Below are positions 1 to 8,918 of a stretch of DNA of 64,000 nucleotides, one piece after another. Made by a program: the position numbers and the translations under genes. This DNA comes from Promethearchaeota archaeon (GTDB lineage Archaea; Asgardarchaeota; Lokiarchaeia; Sigyniarchaeales; SOKP01). Every line of letters starts with the position of its first letter. The stretch's first letter is position 1. Under the pieces are notes generated by a model. That model was not told the DNA's origin, made no database searches, and was given only the letters and a program-made list of their open reading frames with translations. The stretch is from contig JAFGGO010000158.1 in NCBI GenBank assembly GCA_016930515.1, forward strand, positions 59,632 through 123,631, given 5' to 3'.

Positions 1-267
1 GATACTTGCCATATTTTTAACGCATTTGATTCTATCATCAAGAATGCTCTTGAAAACTTCAAAAAACTTGATTTGGTTAAATTCGCTCGCGTGAACTGCT
101 CGCTTTGCCAAAAAACAATCGTAGTTATCGTAAAAAAATCAATAATTGAAAACTCGAAAAAAACTACCATACCTTTTGTTTACGTGCATTCTGGGCACTC
201 AATTTTAATCTATTTCGACCGAAATTTTAAAATTCGTGGAAGCGAATTCGTGACGCTTTCTTATTGA
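1..267 (+). CDS. C-terminal part of a protein (open from the window start): probable longin-like tail plus an Asgard-type CxxC...H..H zinc-binding domain
   Basis: Frame 1 has no stop from base 1 (DTCHIFNAFDSIIKNALENFKKLDLVKF...), so the TTG at 73 is probably internal; motif CSLC...HSGH..YFDRNFKIRG. Confidence 0.7.
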   Translation, partial: DTCHIFNAFDSIIKNALENFKKLDLVKFARVNCSLCQKTIVVIVKKSIIENSKKTTIPFVYVHSGHSILIYFDRNFKIRGSEFVTLSY

Positions 268-359
268 ATTCTGTCATTTTCTCATCAGATCAAATGCAAA
301 AATTTTAATGATCGAAGCTTTACCTTTAGTCTAAGACGATAGAGGTAAACCAACAACAA

Positions 360-1235
360 ATGACTATTTTCGAATTAAGCATTATAAGCACGACGGGACA
401 TCCGTATTACAATGTAAAACTTAACGACATTCCAGAAGGAGTGATAGTTAGTCTTAGGTTCTTTGATTTTTCTCATGAACTTGACGAAGATGAGCTAATC
501 GATCCTGAATCTCGTGCTGAACTCACGGCAGGGTTAATATCTGCCTTGTTTGAATTTTCTCGAGCTATTGATAAAAAAATTCACGCATTGGAATTTCAAT
601 CTCGAAGTGTATCAAAAAATATCAACATCCCTCCTCCTGAGAACGCATCCGATACGCTCATCACGTGCATGTCTGAATCGTTCCTCAACAAGAATGCCAT
701 AAAAAAAAAAATAACACTATTATATCATGCTGTTATCGAACCTAAAATCCCTCTTATAACGGCTGACGAATTACTAACGCCGGAACAGGACTTGATCTGG
801 AATATATTAACTGACAATGACGCGAGAACTCATTTTAAAAATAAGGAAAAGATTTTTTCCAAGGTTGCTAACGAAATTATAATGGAATACAGGAACACTC
901 GTCTCGAAGGAATTTGCGTTTTTTCCTTTGATTATTCCATTTTAGGAATTTATGGTTCAAAATATTCCTTGGAAGCCATTACCACCATTTTAAGAGACCT
1001 TAAGGAATTACCCGAGGTAATTCCACGCCATTCAAAGGTTATTAGCTTTAATTTCCAAGAAGAAGATTCCTACTTGATTTTCATGCATTCGGGTATCGAA
1101 ATTACCATCGAAATTTTAACAGATAAATTGTTTGAACCCTTTTATTATTGTTATATATGCAATTCTAAGGTTATAGATGATGATGTTGTAAATAAAATAA
1201 CAAGACAATTGAACGATGTCTTGGAGGGAATATAA
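360..1235 (+). CDS. Hypothetical protein, probably tandem longin/roadblock-like domains
   Basis: 291 aa; N-terminal FELSIISTTGHPYY strand and ELTAGLISALFEFS helix typical of longin folds; second unit LEGICVFSFDYSILG. Confidence 0.55.
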   Translation: MTIFELSIISTTGHPYYNVKLNDIPEGVIVSLRFFDFSHELDEDELIDPESRAELTAGLISALFEFSRAIDKKIHALEFQSRSVSKNINIPPPENASDTLITCMSESFLNKNAIKKKITLLYHAVIEPKIPLITADELLTPEQDLIWNILTDNDARTHFKNKEKIFSKVANEIIMEYRNTRLEGICVFSFDYSILGIYGSKYSLEAITTILRDLKELPEVIPRHSKVISFNFQEEDSYLIFMHSGIEITIEILTDKLFEPFYYCYICNSKVIDDDVVNKITRQLNDVLEGI

Positions 1236-1240
1236 TCAGT

Positions 1241-2005
1241 TTAAATATTGGTTGCTGCTTTTATGATTTCGTGGAAGGAATCTGCTTGAAGTGATGCGCC
1301 TCCTACCAAGGCTCCGTCAATGTTCGCTTGTTTAAATAATTCCAAAGCGTTCGATGGATTTACCGAACCACCGTATTGAATTCTCACGGTGTCAGCAACT
1401 TCGTTGTTATAAATCCCGGCTATAGTATCTCTTATAAAAGCGTGAATCTCTTCTGCCTGTTCTGGTGTTGCCGTCTTACCCGTCCCAATAGCCCATATGG
1501 GCTCGTAAGCAATGACGGTTTTGACCATTTCTTCGGGGGATAGGCCTTGAAAAGAACCCATAATTTGCTTTTCAACGATTTCCTTGGTTTTACCCTCTTC
1601 CCGTTCTTCTAGATGTTCACCAATGCATGCTATGGGGTTTAAACCCGTTGAAAGCGCTTTTTTCAATTTTTTATTAACTAAATCGTCGTTTTCCTTGAAA
1701 ATATCTCTTCTTTCGCTATGACCGAGAATCACGTATTCGCAACCCAAAGCTTTCAGGAATCCAGGTGCTACTTCGCCCGTGAAGGCGCCTTTATCCTCGT
1801 AATACATGTTCTGGGCACCAATTTTTATAGAGGTGCCTTTTGTTACTTCGCACGCTTTATGGACGCTCGTATACGGGGGCGCAACCACGATGTCAATGTT
1901 ATTGTAATCGTTTACGAGAGGGATAAGCTTGACAAGCATCTCCTCCGCTTCTATGGGTAATCCCCTGTTCATCTTCCAATTTCCTCCAATTATTGGCTTT
2001 CTCAA
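1241..2005 (-). CDS. tpiA: Triosephosphate isomerase, bacterial/eukaryotic type
   Basis: GGNWKMN, ILGHSERR, AYEPIWAIGTG, YGGSV, LVGGASL motifs; 254 aa; TTG start with upstream GAGGAG. Confidence 0.98.
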   Translation of the reverse strand: MRKPIIGGNWKMNRGLPIEAEEMLVKLIPLVNDYNNIDIVVAPPYTSVHKACEVTKGTSIKIGAQNMYYEDKGAFTGEVAPGFLKALGCEYVILGHSERRDIFKENDDLVNKKLKKALSTGLNPIACIGEHLEEREEGKTKEIVEKQIMGSFQGLSPEEMVKTVIAYEPIWAIGTGKTATPEQAEEIHAFIRDTIAGIYNNEVADTVRIQYGGSVNPSNALELFKQANIDGALVGGASLQADSFHEIIKAATNI

Positions 2006-2107
2006 CTTTTTTTACAACTCCTCTGACTCAATTATTGGTGACCGATGAAATCTTATAATGAATCTACGATAATTTAAAGAAATGAGGAAAATACGCAATT
2101 TAAAGGA

Positions 2108-2611
2108 TTAGTCCTTCTTGGGTAATTTTTCAGGTAATTTTGTGGCTTCCAATATCTTCTTTATTTCCTCTAAATCGGGAGCCAAGATGCTCGGCAAGCC
2201 TAATTGCTGCCTTCTTTTTTCAATAGCGGGTTGCATGGGTATTGCCTTGCCGTTTTCTAAAATCGTAGCGGCTTGCGTCGTGTAATAATCGGGAGCTTCC
2301 CCTCTCTCAACGCTCATGTTCTTGAGAATGGTGAATATTTCCGTGAGCTCTACTTTCTGAGGGCACACCTCGTCGCATGTGTCGCACACCGTACAACCCC
2401 AAATGTTAAATGTATTTTCTGCACCAAAAATTTTCTCCTTAAGACCTAAAAGAGAATCCAAGATCAATCTCCGAGGATTGTACTTTCCTCCCGTAACCTG
2501 AGCCACGGGGCACGCACCGGAGCATGTCGCACATTGATAACAATAAGCTAGCGTGTTGCCAATGTCGTTTCCAAGAATTTGATTTCTGAACTTGAAATCT
2601 ATCGTAGCCAT
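2108..2611 (-). CDS. hdrC: Heterodisulfide reductase subunit C-like 2x[4Fe-4S] protein
   Basis: CYQCATCSGACP and WGCTVCDTCDEVCPQ motifs, NPRR, RRQQLGLP tail. Confidence 0.9.
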   Translation of the reverse strand: MATIDFKFRNQILGNDIGNTLAYCYQCATCSGACPVAQVTGGKYNPRRLILDSLLGLKEKIFGAENTFNIWGCTVCDTCDEVCPQKVELTEIFTILKNMSVERGEAPDYYTTQAATILENGKAIPMQPAIEKRRQQLGLPSILAPDLEEIKKILEATKLPEKLPKKD

Positions 2612-2870
2612 TTTTTCGTCACCATTAAATGCTTCTTAAGTAATTAATATCCTTAGTATAATTTAAGAATTTTTAACTATTAAGGTTTTGATAAGTTTTA
2701 TTCTAAAATTTTGACAAGAATCATTGTTAAAATTTATGGTCCAAAACACGAGAAAATAAATAAATTGTCATGTTCGGATAAAATAACAAAACATTTATTT
2801 TTTCCATGTTTTATAAAAATAGATCAAACCCATAAAGAAAAATATAACCTACTTGAGATGAAAAAAATCG

Positions 2871-3215
2871 TTGCATGTTGAAGATTTAAAAAAAGTTGGA
2901 ATTGATGGGCCTACGGAAGGGAAACTTATTATCGATGTTTATACCACGTGGTGCGGACCGTGTAAGGCCGTTGCACCAATTCTTCATAAACTCCAAGGCG
3001 AAGGGCTTTTTAAACTCGTTCAGGTGGATCTCGATCAGAATCGACCCTTGGGTGAGATCTTCGGAATCACGGCAATACCCACGCTTCTATTTTTCAAGGA
3101 CGGTCAATTATTAGAAAAAACCATAGAAGTTAATGGCCAAGTTTTAGTCAAGAGAGGAATGATGGTAGGGGCCGCAGGAGAGAGCATTCTCAGAGCCATT
3201 GTCGATCAGATGTAG
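2871..3215 (+). CDS. trxA: Thioredoxin
   Basis: WCGPC active site, cis-Pro motif AIPTLLFFKDG. Confidence 0.93.
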   Translation: MHVEDLKKVGIDGPTEGKLIIDVYTTWCGPCKAVAPILHKLQGEGLFKLVQVDLDQNRPLGEIFGITAIPTLLFFKDGQLLEKTIEVNGQVLVKRGMMVGAAGESILRAIVDQM

Positions 3216-3513
3216 TAATTTCGGTAAAATAAATAACAATTTCTTTCTTATCCAAACGACCCTTCCGTTTCTTTTTTTACTCTTCTCTATTAGTGATGGA
3301 TTTATCGATTACATTACATGCTGATTTTTTAAATGTCACACTATTCCTCTTGTGGAATCTCCTTTATGTGTGACTTAATGGGGTTTTTTAGAATTTTATT
3401 CAAAAGAATTTCGAATTAATTAAAAAATTGCAAATTTTAATACAAATCGTTGTTTTTCAATTATATCAAAGAGTTATTTAAATTAGTTGTTCGTGAAATA
3501 ATATCACGTGTAG

Positions 3514-4047
3514 ATGATAATGATGAATAAATCAAGTAACATGACTCGTGAAGAATTGGTAAATTTCGAAGCTGCAATGAATCAAAGCCGTAACATGATT
3601 TATCATTTAATTCGCTTCATGAAAAAAAATAAGACGGTAGATGTAAGGGAAAGGCTGCGAGGAATGGGTAAAAATATCGCCAGAACATTTTACAATTATT
3701 GGAAACCAATCGATGATGTAAATACTTTTAACCTCAAGGATGTTTTGACGACGATATATAAAAAAGTCTTGGGTAGCTCGATCGTCATTGATATTGATGA
3801 AGTTAAAAAAACTATTAAAATAAAAGATTCAAAATGCGCTTTATGTAAATATCATTACGAAGATATAGGCAATATTGCTGGATGCGAAGTATTGTTAGGC
3901 ATGTCGTCTGAATTTATCAAGTTAATTAACGAAAATTCAAAAAATCGATCCAAATTGACTTTAATTCCCATCGAAGTGAGTGAATCGTTGTCGTATGGCG
4001 ATGACGCTTGCGTGCAACTTTTTAACTACAAGGAGGGAGGAAAATAA
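3514..4047 (+). CDS. V4R / TRAPP Bet3-like domain protein
   Basis: RLRGMGKNIARTF helix, KCALC...GCEVLLGM...ESLSYGDDACVQ pattern of the V4R/H-NOX/Bet3 fold. Confidence 0.65.
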   Translation: MIMMNKSSNMTREELVNFEAAMNQSRNMIYHLIRFMKKNKTVDVRERLRGMGKNIARTFYNYWKPIDDVNTFNLKDVLTTIYKKVLGSSIVIDIDEVKKTIKIKDSKCALCKYHYEDIGNIAGCEVLLGMSSEFIKLINENSKNRSKLTLIPIEVSESLSYGDDACVQLFNYKEGGK

Positions 4048-4048
4048 A

Positions 4049-5521
4049 ATGGTATCTGCGTTTCAATGGATCATGAAAAAAGTCACGAAAGTTTTTTCTC
4101 GTACTACAAATTCCCTATTTTATACGCTTTTATATAGGGAAATATTAAAGGAAGTTCAAGAAATAACGAAAAACGAAGAAGATAGCGTTGTTATTTTCCG
4201 GGAATTTGGAAAACGATCTGCTTATGAATCTTGTGAGCGACATTCAAGCATTTTTAAATTCATGCCAGGAGATCCTAAAAAGGTATTGGATTACTTTTCA
4301 ATCCTGTGGTCAATCGTATTTGGGATGGAAATTGGCGAATTTTCCTACGAAACCATCCCAAAGAAAGGTAAATATAACGATTATGTCTTAACTGTAAATA
4401 GTAACCCGATTTGTGCTGGATACGGGAACGATCCCGAAGATACCTTTAATTTCAAGAAATTAGGCTCCGAATCTGAAGGATGTTCTGCAGGTTTGTCAGG
4501 GATGCTTGAAAGCGTGGCAAATTTCATTTTGAAAACGAAAAATGTTGAATATAGGATTTCGATTACTGAAAAAGAATGCATCGCAAAAGGTCAAGGAGCC
4601 TTAAAGCTCAATTGCTTCATATATGACTACGCAGAATGGCAAAAATTAAACGCATCAACGATTAGCGATCAAATATCGTCTAAAGTAAAACTCGAAGAAC
4701 CTAAGGATGAACCTGAATTTGTACAGCAAACAAAACTGGATTTCGTTGATAAGCTCCAAGACTCTTTATCTTTAGATAAAATTGAGGAAATTCTCAATGA
4801 ACCTTTAGAAAGAATAAAAGAAAAGATTTCGGAAATCATAAGAGACAAGTTGAACATGGACCCCGAGAATTTTTTCGATTACTTCAGGAACTACGAGGAT
4901 GACATGCTAAGAATTATTGGATTCCTAATCGTCCATGTTTTAAATGAGTTTGGTGGAATTGTCGAAAAAATTCTAAAAAATGATACTTTCGCAAAGGTCG
5001 TAGGTTACTTATTTAATCACTTTAAAGAAATGACTTTCCTGTTCATACCTTTAGATGTTGCTAACGATTATCACCAGTTGCTAATTGATTTCCTCGATGG
5101 AATGGCCCCTCCCGAGATGGTGGACAATGTAAGAAAATACGCTGGGAAGGACGATATTAATTTCCTCTTTGAAGGCGCTCAAACGGCCCTAGAAAACCTA
5201 GGAGTTAATTTTTCTGAATTAAGAGAAAATATCTGGGAAGAATTGAAAAAGGATGAAAGTAGTGGCTTGATGCCATCGGAAAAATTCGAGGTAGAAAACT
5301 CAAAAGATAAATTTCCAAAAATAATTAAAATAATTCAGGAAATGTTAATGCTTATTAGCGAAATACTCACATTACCAATTAGAATGCTGGTCTCTGAGGG
5401 ACATCACGGTGTAAAAACTGCCATTAATTCAGTTGTTTCAGAAGAAGAGGGCGGTTTATTTGAAAGGGTGAAAGATAGATTAGATGTAATTTTTGACGCC
5501 TTTCAAGAATTAAGGCAATAA
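4049..5521 (+). CDS. N-terminal V4R/Bet3-like domain plus long alpha-helical C-terminal region
   Basis: ATG at 4049 follows SD-like GGAGGGAGG (4032-4040), 1 nt after the upstream stop; FREFGKRSA, WSIVFG, NPIC, CSAGLSGMLE, EKECIAKG. Confidence 0.65.
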   Translation: MVSAFQWIMKKVTKVFSRTTNSLFYTLLYREILKEVQEITKNEEDSVVIFREFGKRSAYESCERHSSIFKFMPGDPKKVLDYFSILWSIVFGMEIGEFSYETIPKKGKYNDYVLTVNSNPICAGYGNDPEDTFNFKKLGSESEGCSAGLSGMLESVANFILKTKNVEYRISITEKECIAKGQGALKLNCFIYDYAEWQKLNASTISDQISSKVKLEEPKDEPEFVQQTKLDFVDKLQDSLSLDKIEEILNEPLERIKEKISEIIRDKLNMDPENFFDYFRNYEDDMLRIIGFLIVHVLNEFGGIVEKILKNDTFAKVVGYLFNHFKEMTFLFIPLDVANDYHQLLIDFLDGMAPPEMVDNVRKYAGKDDINFLFEGAQTALENLGVNFSELRENIWEELKKDESSGLMPSEKFEVENSKDKFPKIIKIIQEMLMLISEILTLPIRMLVSEGHHGVKTAINSVVSEEEGGLFERVKDRLDVIFDAFQELRQ

Positions 5522-5648
5522 ATTGCCAATCCTTTATTTTATTAATTTTTTTTGTTTTAGTATTAGTTCTTAATTTCTCTGCTTTTAAATAGGTGAGTGT
5601 AAATACTATTTCAGATTATTTTGAAAAAAGGAAATAAAGGATATAAAC

Positions 5649-8381
5649 TTGAAAAATTTAAAAAGAACAACGATTCGAAATTTCTTAGCTCCAGTATTTC
5701 TATCCATCGTTATCATGTCAATATTGACTATTCCGCTTACGAATGCGATTGCTCCATTGGGGGAAATCTTATTACCTGGTAATGGTTTGTGGAGAGTCCC
5801 AGGAGAAATACAAGAAAAGGAGTTTATCTGCGAAGCAACTCTGAACAATACGATAACAATATATAGAGATGAGTGGGGTATTCCGCACGTGTATGCAAGT
5901 ACTGAGAAAGACGCATCCTTCGCTTTTGGATACCTCCATGCCCAAGATAGGATGTTTCAGATGGATCTCATGAGGAGATTGGTTCGTGGAACGCTTTCTG
6001 AAATTATTGGAGAAGACGCTTTAGAACTCGATAAATTTAACTTGGCTACGGGTAAACTTTTTTGGGCGCAAAAAACGGTTGAAAATATGATAGAAAAGGC
6101 AGATAACGGAGAAATAAATTATTTAGAATCGTTAATTCGTTATTGCGATGGAGTAAATTATTTCATTAAAACTCACCTAGATGAATTACCAATAGAATAT
6201 GCTATATTGGGTTTCAAACCAACTCGTTGGACCTTGCTTGATATTGCTTGCTTGGTTAAATACATGGCTGAGATGCTTACTTGGAGTTATACAGATCTTT
6301 ATGAGACGATTGCGTGCTATAATCTTGGGTCATCCAACTTTCTGGAATTGTTTAGGTCAACATATGGACAAATTCCAGTCTGTCCAAATTATGGGTCCTT
6401 CAATTTATCTTTTCACCTCCCTTTTGAACAGGGTGCGCAAATCGCAACCAAATCGATAATCGACACGATAACTTATTTTTTATCGGATGTTAAAAAAGTC
6501 GAATCCCAGAATCTAATAGCTTCCGTTAAAAATCAAGAAGTTATAGGATCGAATAACTGGGTAGTGGATGGTTCCAAAACGAGAAGTGGAAGACCAATTC
6601 TCTGTAACGATATGCATTTGGCGTGGACGCTCCCCGGTATTTGGTACGAGGGACATGTAGTAATTACTAGTAAAAGCCTCAATCTTTATGGATTCACCTT
6701 GCCTGGTGCTCCAATGGTCATAGTTGGACACAACGAACGAATTGCGTGGGGTTTTACTAACACTGCTTACGATGTAATGGATTGGTATTACTATGAAAAA
6801 ATAGACGAAGATCAATATGTTTATAACAATTCAATTGAGCAATTTAAAATCCGTCCGTACTCCATAGCAGTTAAGAATGAAGAACCAGTGGCTTTCGAAG
6901 TAAAAGAAACCGTTCATGGTCCTGTTTTAAACGAATTTCTCGGAATTCAGGAAATTCCAACTAATTTAAACAATGCAAACATCATTTTAGCAACTAAATG
7001 GATAGCGCACGATGTATCAACCTTGATTCAAGCAATCTATGGATTTAATCACGCTAAAAATAGGGACGATTTTAACCAGGCTTCCAAATATTTCGATTGT
7101 CCTGCCCAAAACATCGTCTATGCCGACATAAATGGAAACATCGCAATGAGACCTACGGGAAAAATACCCATAAGAGATGGAAACGGCACTTTTATTTACA
7201 ACGGTTCCGCAGGGGAGGGTGAATGGATGGGTTTTATAGATTTTGAAGATTTGCCTCAAACAGAAAATCCAGCTCAAGGTTATTTGGTATCTGCAAACCA
7301 GATCGTTGCTGGGCCCGAGTATTCGAGATATTTATTGCAAAATGACTATTCAACAGGGTATCGATCAAGACGAATAAACGAACTAATTAACGCCACGGAC
7401 GATATTACATTGGAAAAAATGAAGGAGATCCAACTTGATGTAAAATCAACTCCAGCAAGAGCCCTCATACCATTTCTAATCGATTTAATCGAAAATATCC
7501 CCTCTTCGCACCAAACGGATGTGATATTAGACATTTATTCCCTTCTTATTCAATGGAACTACGATATGGATAAGGATTTATCTCAACCTTCCATCTATCG
7601 CGTCTGGAGAGAATTTTATTATTCTTATACCTTCGACGACGAATTTGACGCTTTTAATTCTGAAATTAAGCCTCGTTTGGATGTTTTAGAAAGATTAACG
7701 AGAGAAAATGACTCTTCAATCTGGTTTGACGATAGTACAACTAGCGATAGAAAAGAAAATCGTTCGGATATTATTTATAAGGCACTCAACGCGAGCATTA
7801 ATTTTTTAATAAAATACTACGGAACAAAGGATGTTGCAGCCTGGAAATATGGATTATTGCATCGCCTCGAGTTTCTTCATATTGCACCGGGTTTAGACGC
7901 TCTAGGAAAAGGTCCTTTCGAAGGCGATGGAGAACAATACACGGTGAATCCCTCTTATATTTCAATAAATTCCCTTGGATTGGTCTCAACGGCGCGATTT
8001 GGAGCATCTGAAAGAATGATTGTGGATTTGAACGATTTAGAGAATTCTATTAGCGTGATACCTTCGGGTCAAAGAGGAATTGTCAGCTCAAGACATTATT
8101 CCGATCAATTGATTGATCTGTTTTTGCATGGTAATTATCACCGACAATATTTTTACACTCAACCTGATGCATTTCCAAGTAACTTGATTGAATCTGGAAT
8201 TATCTTTATGGCCACTTCCGAAACTTCAGGCATATTATTTGTTCAATCATTCATTATTTGCTCATTTTGTGGAATCTGTGTTGCAATTTTTGGGTGGAAA
8301 ATAAAAAAAAACAGATCATTAATTCGGTTTAAAAAAAAATTTGAAAAAAAGAGTGATTGTGTTGAAAAACAGAACTCATAG
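5649..8381 (+). CDS. Penicillin acylase family (Ntn-hydrolase) protein, exported and membrane-anchored
   Basis: RDEWGIPHVYA, FGYLHAQDRMFQMD, beta-chain start GSNNWVV, NDMHL, QNIVYAD, SANQ, PSGQRG..HYSDQ; hydrophobic N- and C-terminal segments. Confidence 0.95.
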   Translation: MKNLKRTTIRNFLAPVFLSIVIMSILTIPLTNAIAPLGEILLPGNGLWRVPGEIQEKEFICEATLNNTITIYRDEWGIPHVYASTEKDASFAFGYLHAQDRMFQMDLMRRLVRGTLSEIIGEDALELDKFNLATGKLFWAQKTVENMIEKADNGEINYLESLIRYCDGVNYFIKTHLDELPIEYAILGFKPTRWTLLDIACLVKYMAEMLTWSYTDLYETIACYNLGSSNFLELFRSTYGQIPVCPNYGSFNLSFHLPFEQGAQIATKSIIDTITYFLSDVKKVESQNLIASVKNQEVIGSNNWVVDGSKTRSGRPILCNDMHLAWTLPGIWYEGHVVITSKSLNLYGFTLPGAPMVIVGHNERIAWGFTNTAYDVMDWYYYEKIDEDQYVYNNSIEQFKIRPYSIAVKNEEPVAFEVKETVHGPVLNEFLGIQEIPTNLNNANIILATKWIAHDVSTLIQAIYGFNHAKNRDDFNQASKYFDCPAQNIVYADINGNIAMRPTGKIPIRDGNGTFIYNGSAGEGEWMGFIDFEDLPQTENPAQGYLVSANQIVAGPEYSRYLLQNDYSTGYRSRRINELINATDDITLEKMKEIQLDVKSTPARALIPFLIDLIENIPSSHQTDVILDIYSLLIQWNYDMDKDLSQPSIYRVWREFYYSYTFDDEFDAFNSEIKPRLDVLERLTRENDSSIWFDDSTTSDRKENRSDIIYKALNASINFLIKYYGTKDVAAWKYGLLHRLEFLHIAPGLDALGKGPFEGDGEQYTVNPSYISINSLGLVSTARFGASERMIVDLNDLENSISVIPSGQRGIVSSRHYSDQLIDLFLHGNYHRQYFYTQPDAFPSNLIESGIIFMATSETSGILFVQSFIICSFCGICVAIFGWKIKKNRSLIRFKKKFEKKSDCVEKQNS

Positions 8382-8802
8382 CAAAATTTTAAGCGAAGAA
8401 AAAGTAATCGAGAAAAGATTATTTATAATTTCTATCGTCATTTCAATTTTGTTACAAATTTTAGGCTTATTTATCTATATTTGGCAATATAGTATTCTTC
8501 CCGGAATTATTGCGGGATTAATCAATAAAAAAGCGAGCCGAAGTATCATTGCAAGCGCAATTGGTGTTTTAAGCGTTTGGATTCCTTACATGTTATTTGC
8601 TTTTACGAGCAAAAACACATTTTTAACTCTGGATTATTTTGCGACTTTAATTTTTGGAGAGTTGGGGTATGGCCCCGTGCTTTTAATTGTTATTCTCTGC
8701 TTAGGAACAATACTTGGTGCCCTTGGGGGGGCTATAGGATATGGAACACACAATCTTTTATGTTTAAAACAATCTAATGAATCAAAAATCCAAATCCAAT
8801 AA
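8341..8802 (+). CDS. Small multi-pass membrane protein
   Basis: About 4 hydrophobic segments with a Gly-rich GALGGAIG; overlaps the end of the acylase gene; start uncertain. Confidence 0.7.
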   Translation: MKKRVIVLKNRTHSKILSEEKVIEKRLFIISIVISILLQILGLFIYIWQYSILPGIIAGLINKKASRSIIASAIGVLSVWIPYMLFAFTSKNTFLTLDYFATLIFGELGYGPVLLIVILCLGTILGALGGAIGYGTHNLLCLKQSNESKIQIQ

Positions 8803-8918
8803 ATTAAAGCTGATTTTAAATCTTTTAGAAGAATAAATTGCAAGTTAATTGAAAAAATAGGTCACGATTCTGGAATGGAATAAAGGAGACAATTTGAGAC
8901 AATATATGTCTTGGAAAT

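Noticed and set aside
2858-2881. Short ATG ORF MKKIVAC-TGA overlapping the thioredoxin start, superficially a Cys-Sec motif
   Set aside because: Read-through meets another TGA and then TAA within about 30 codons, is out of frame with trxA, resembles no selenoprotein, and no SECIS is evident
3980-4048. ORF-track start of the 513-aa protein at 3980
   Set aside because: Overlaps the upstream gene; ATG 4049 has a strong SD and abuts the upstream stop
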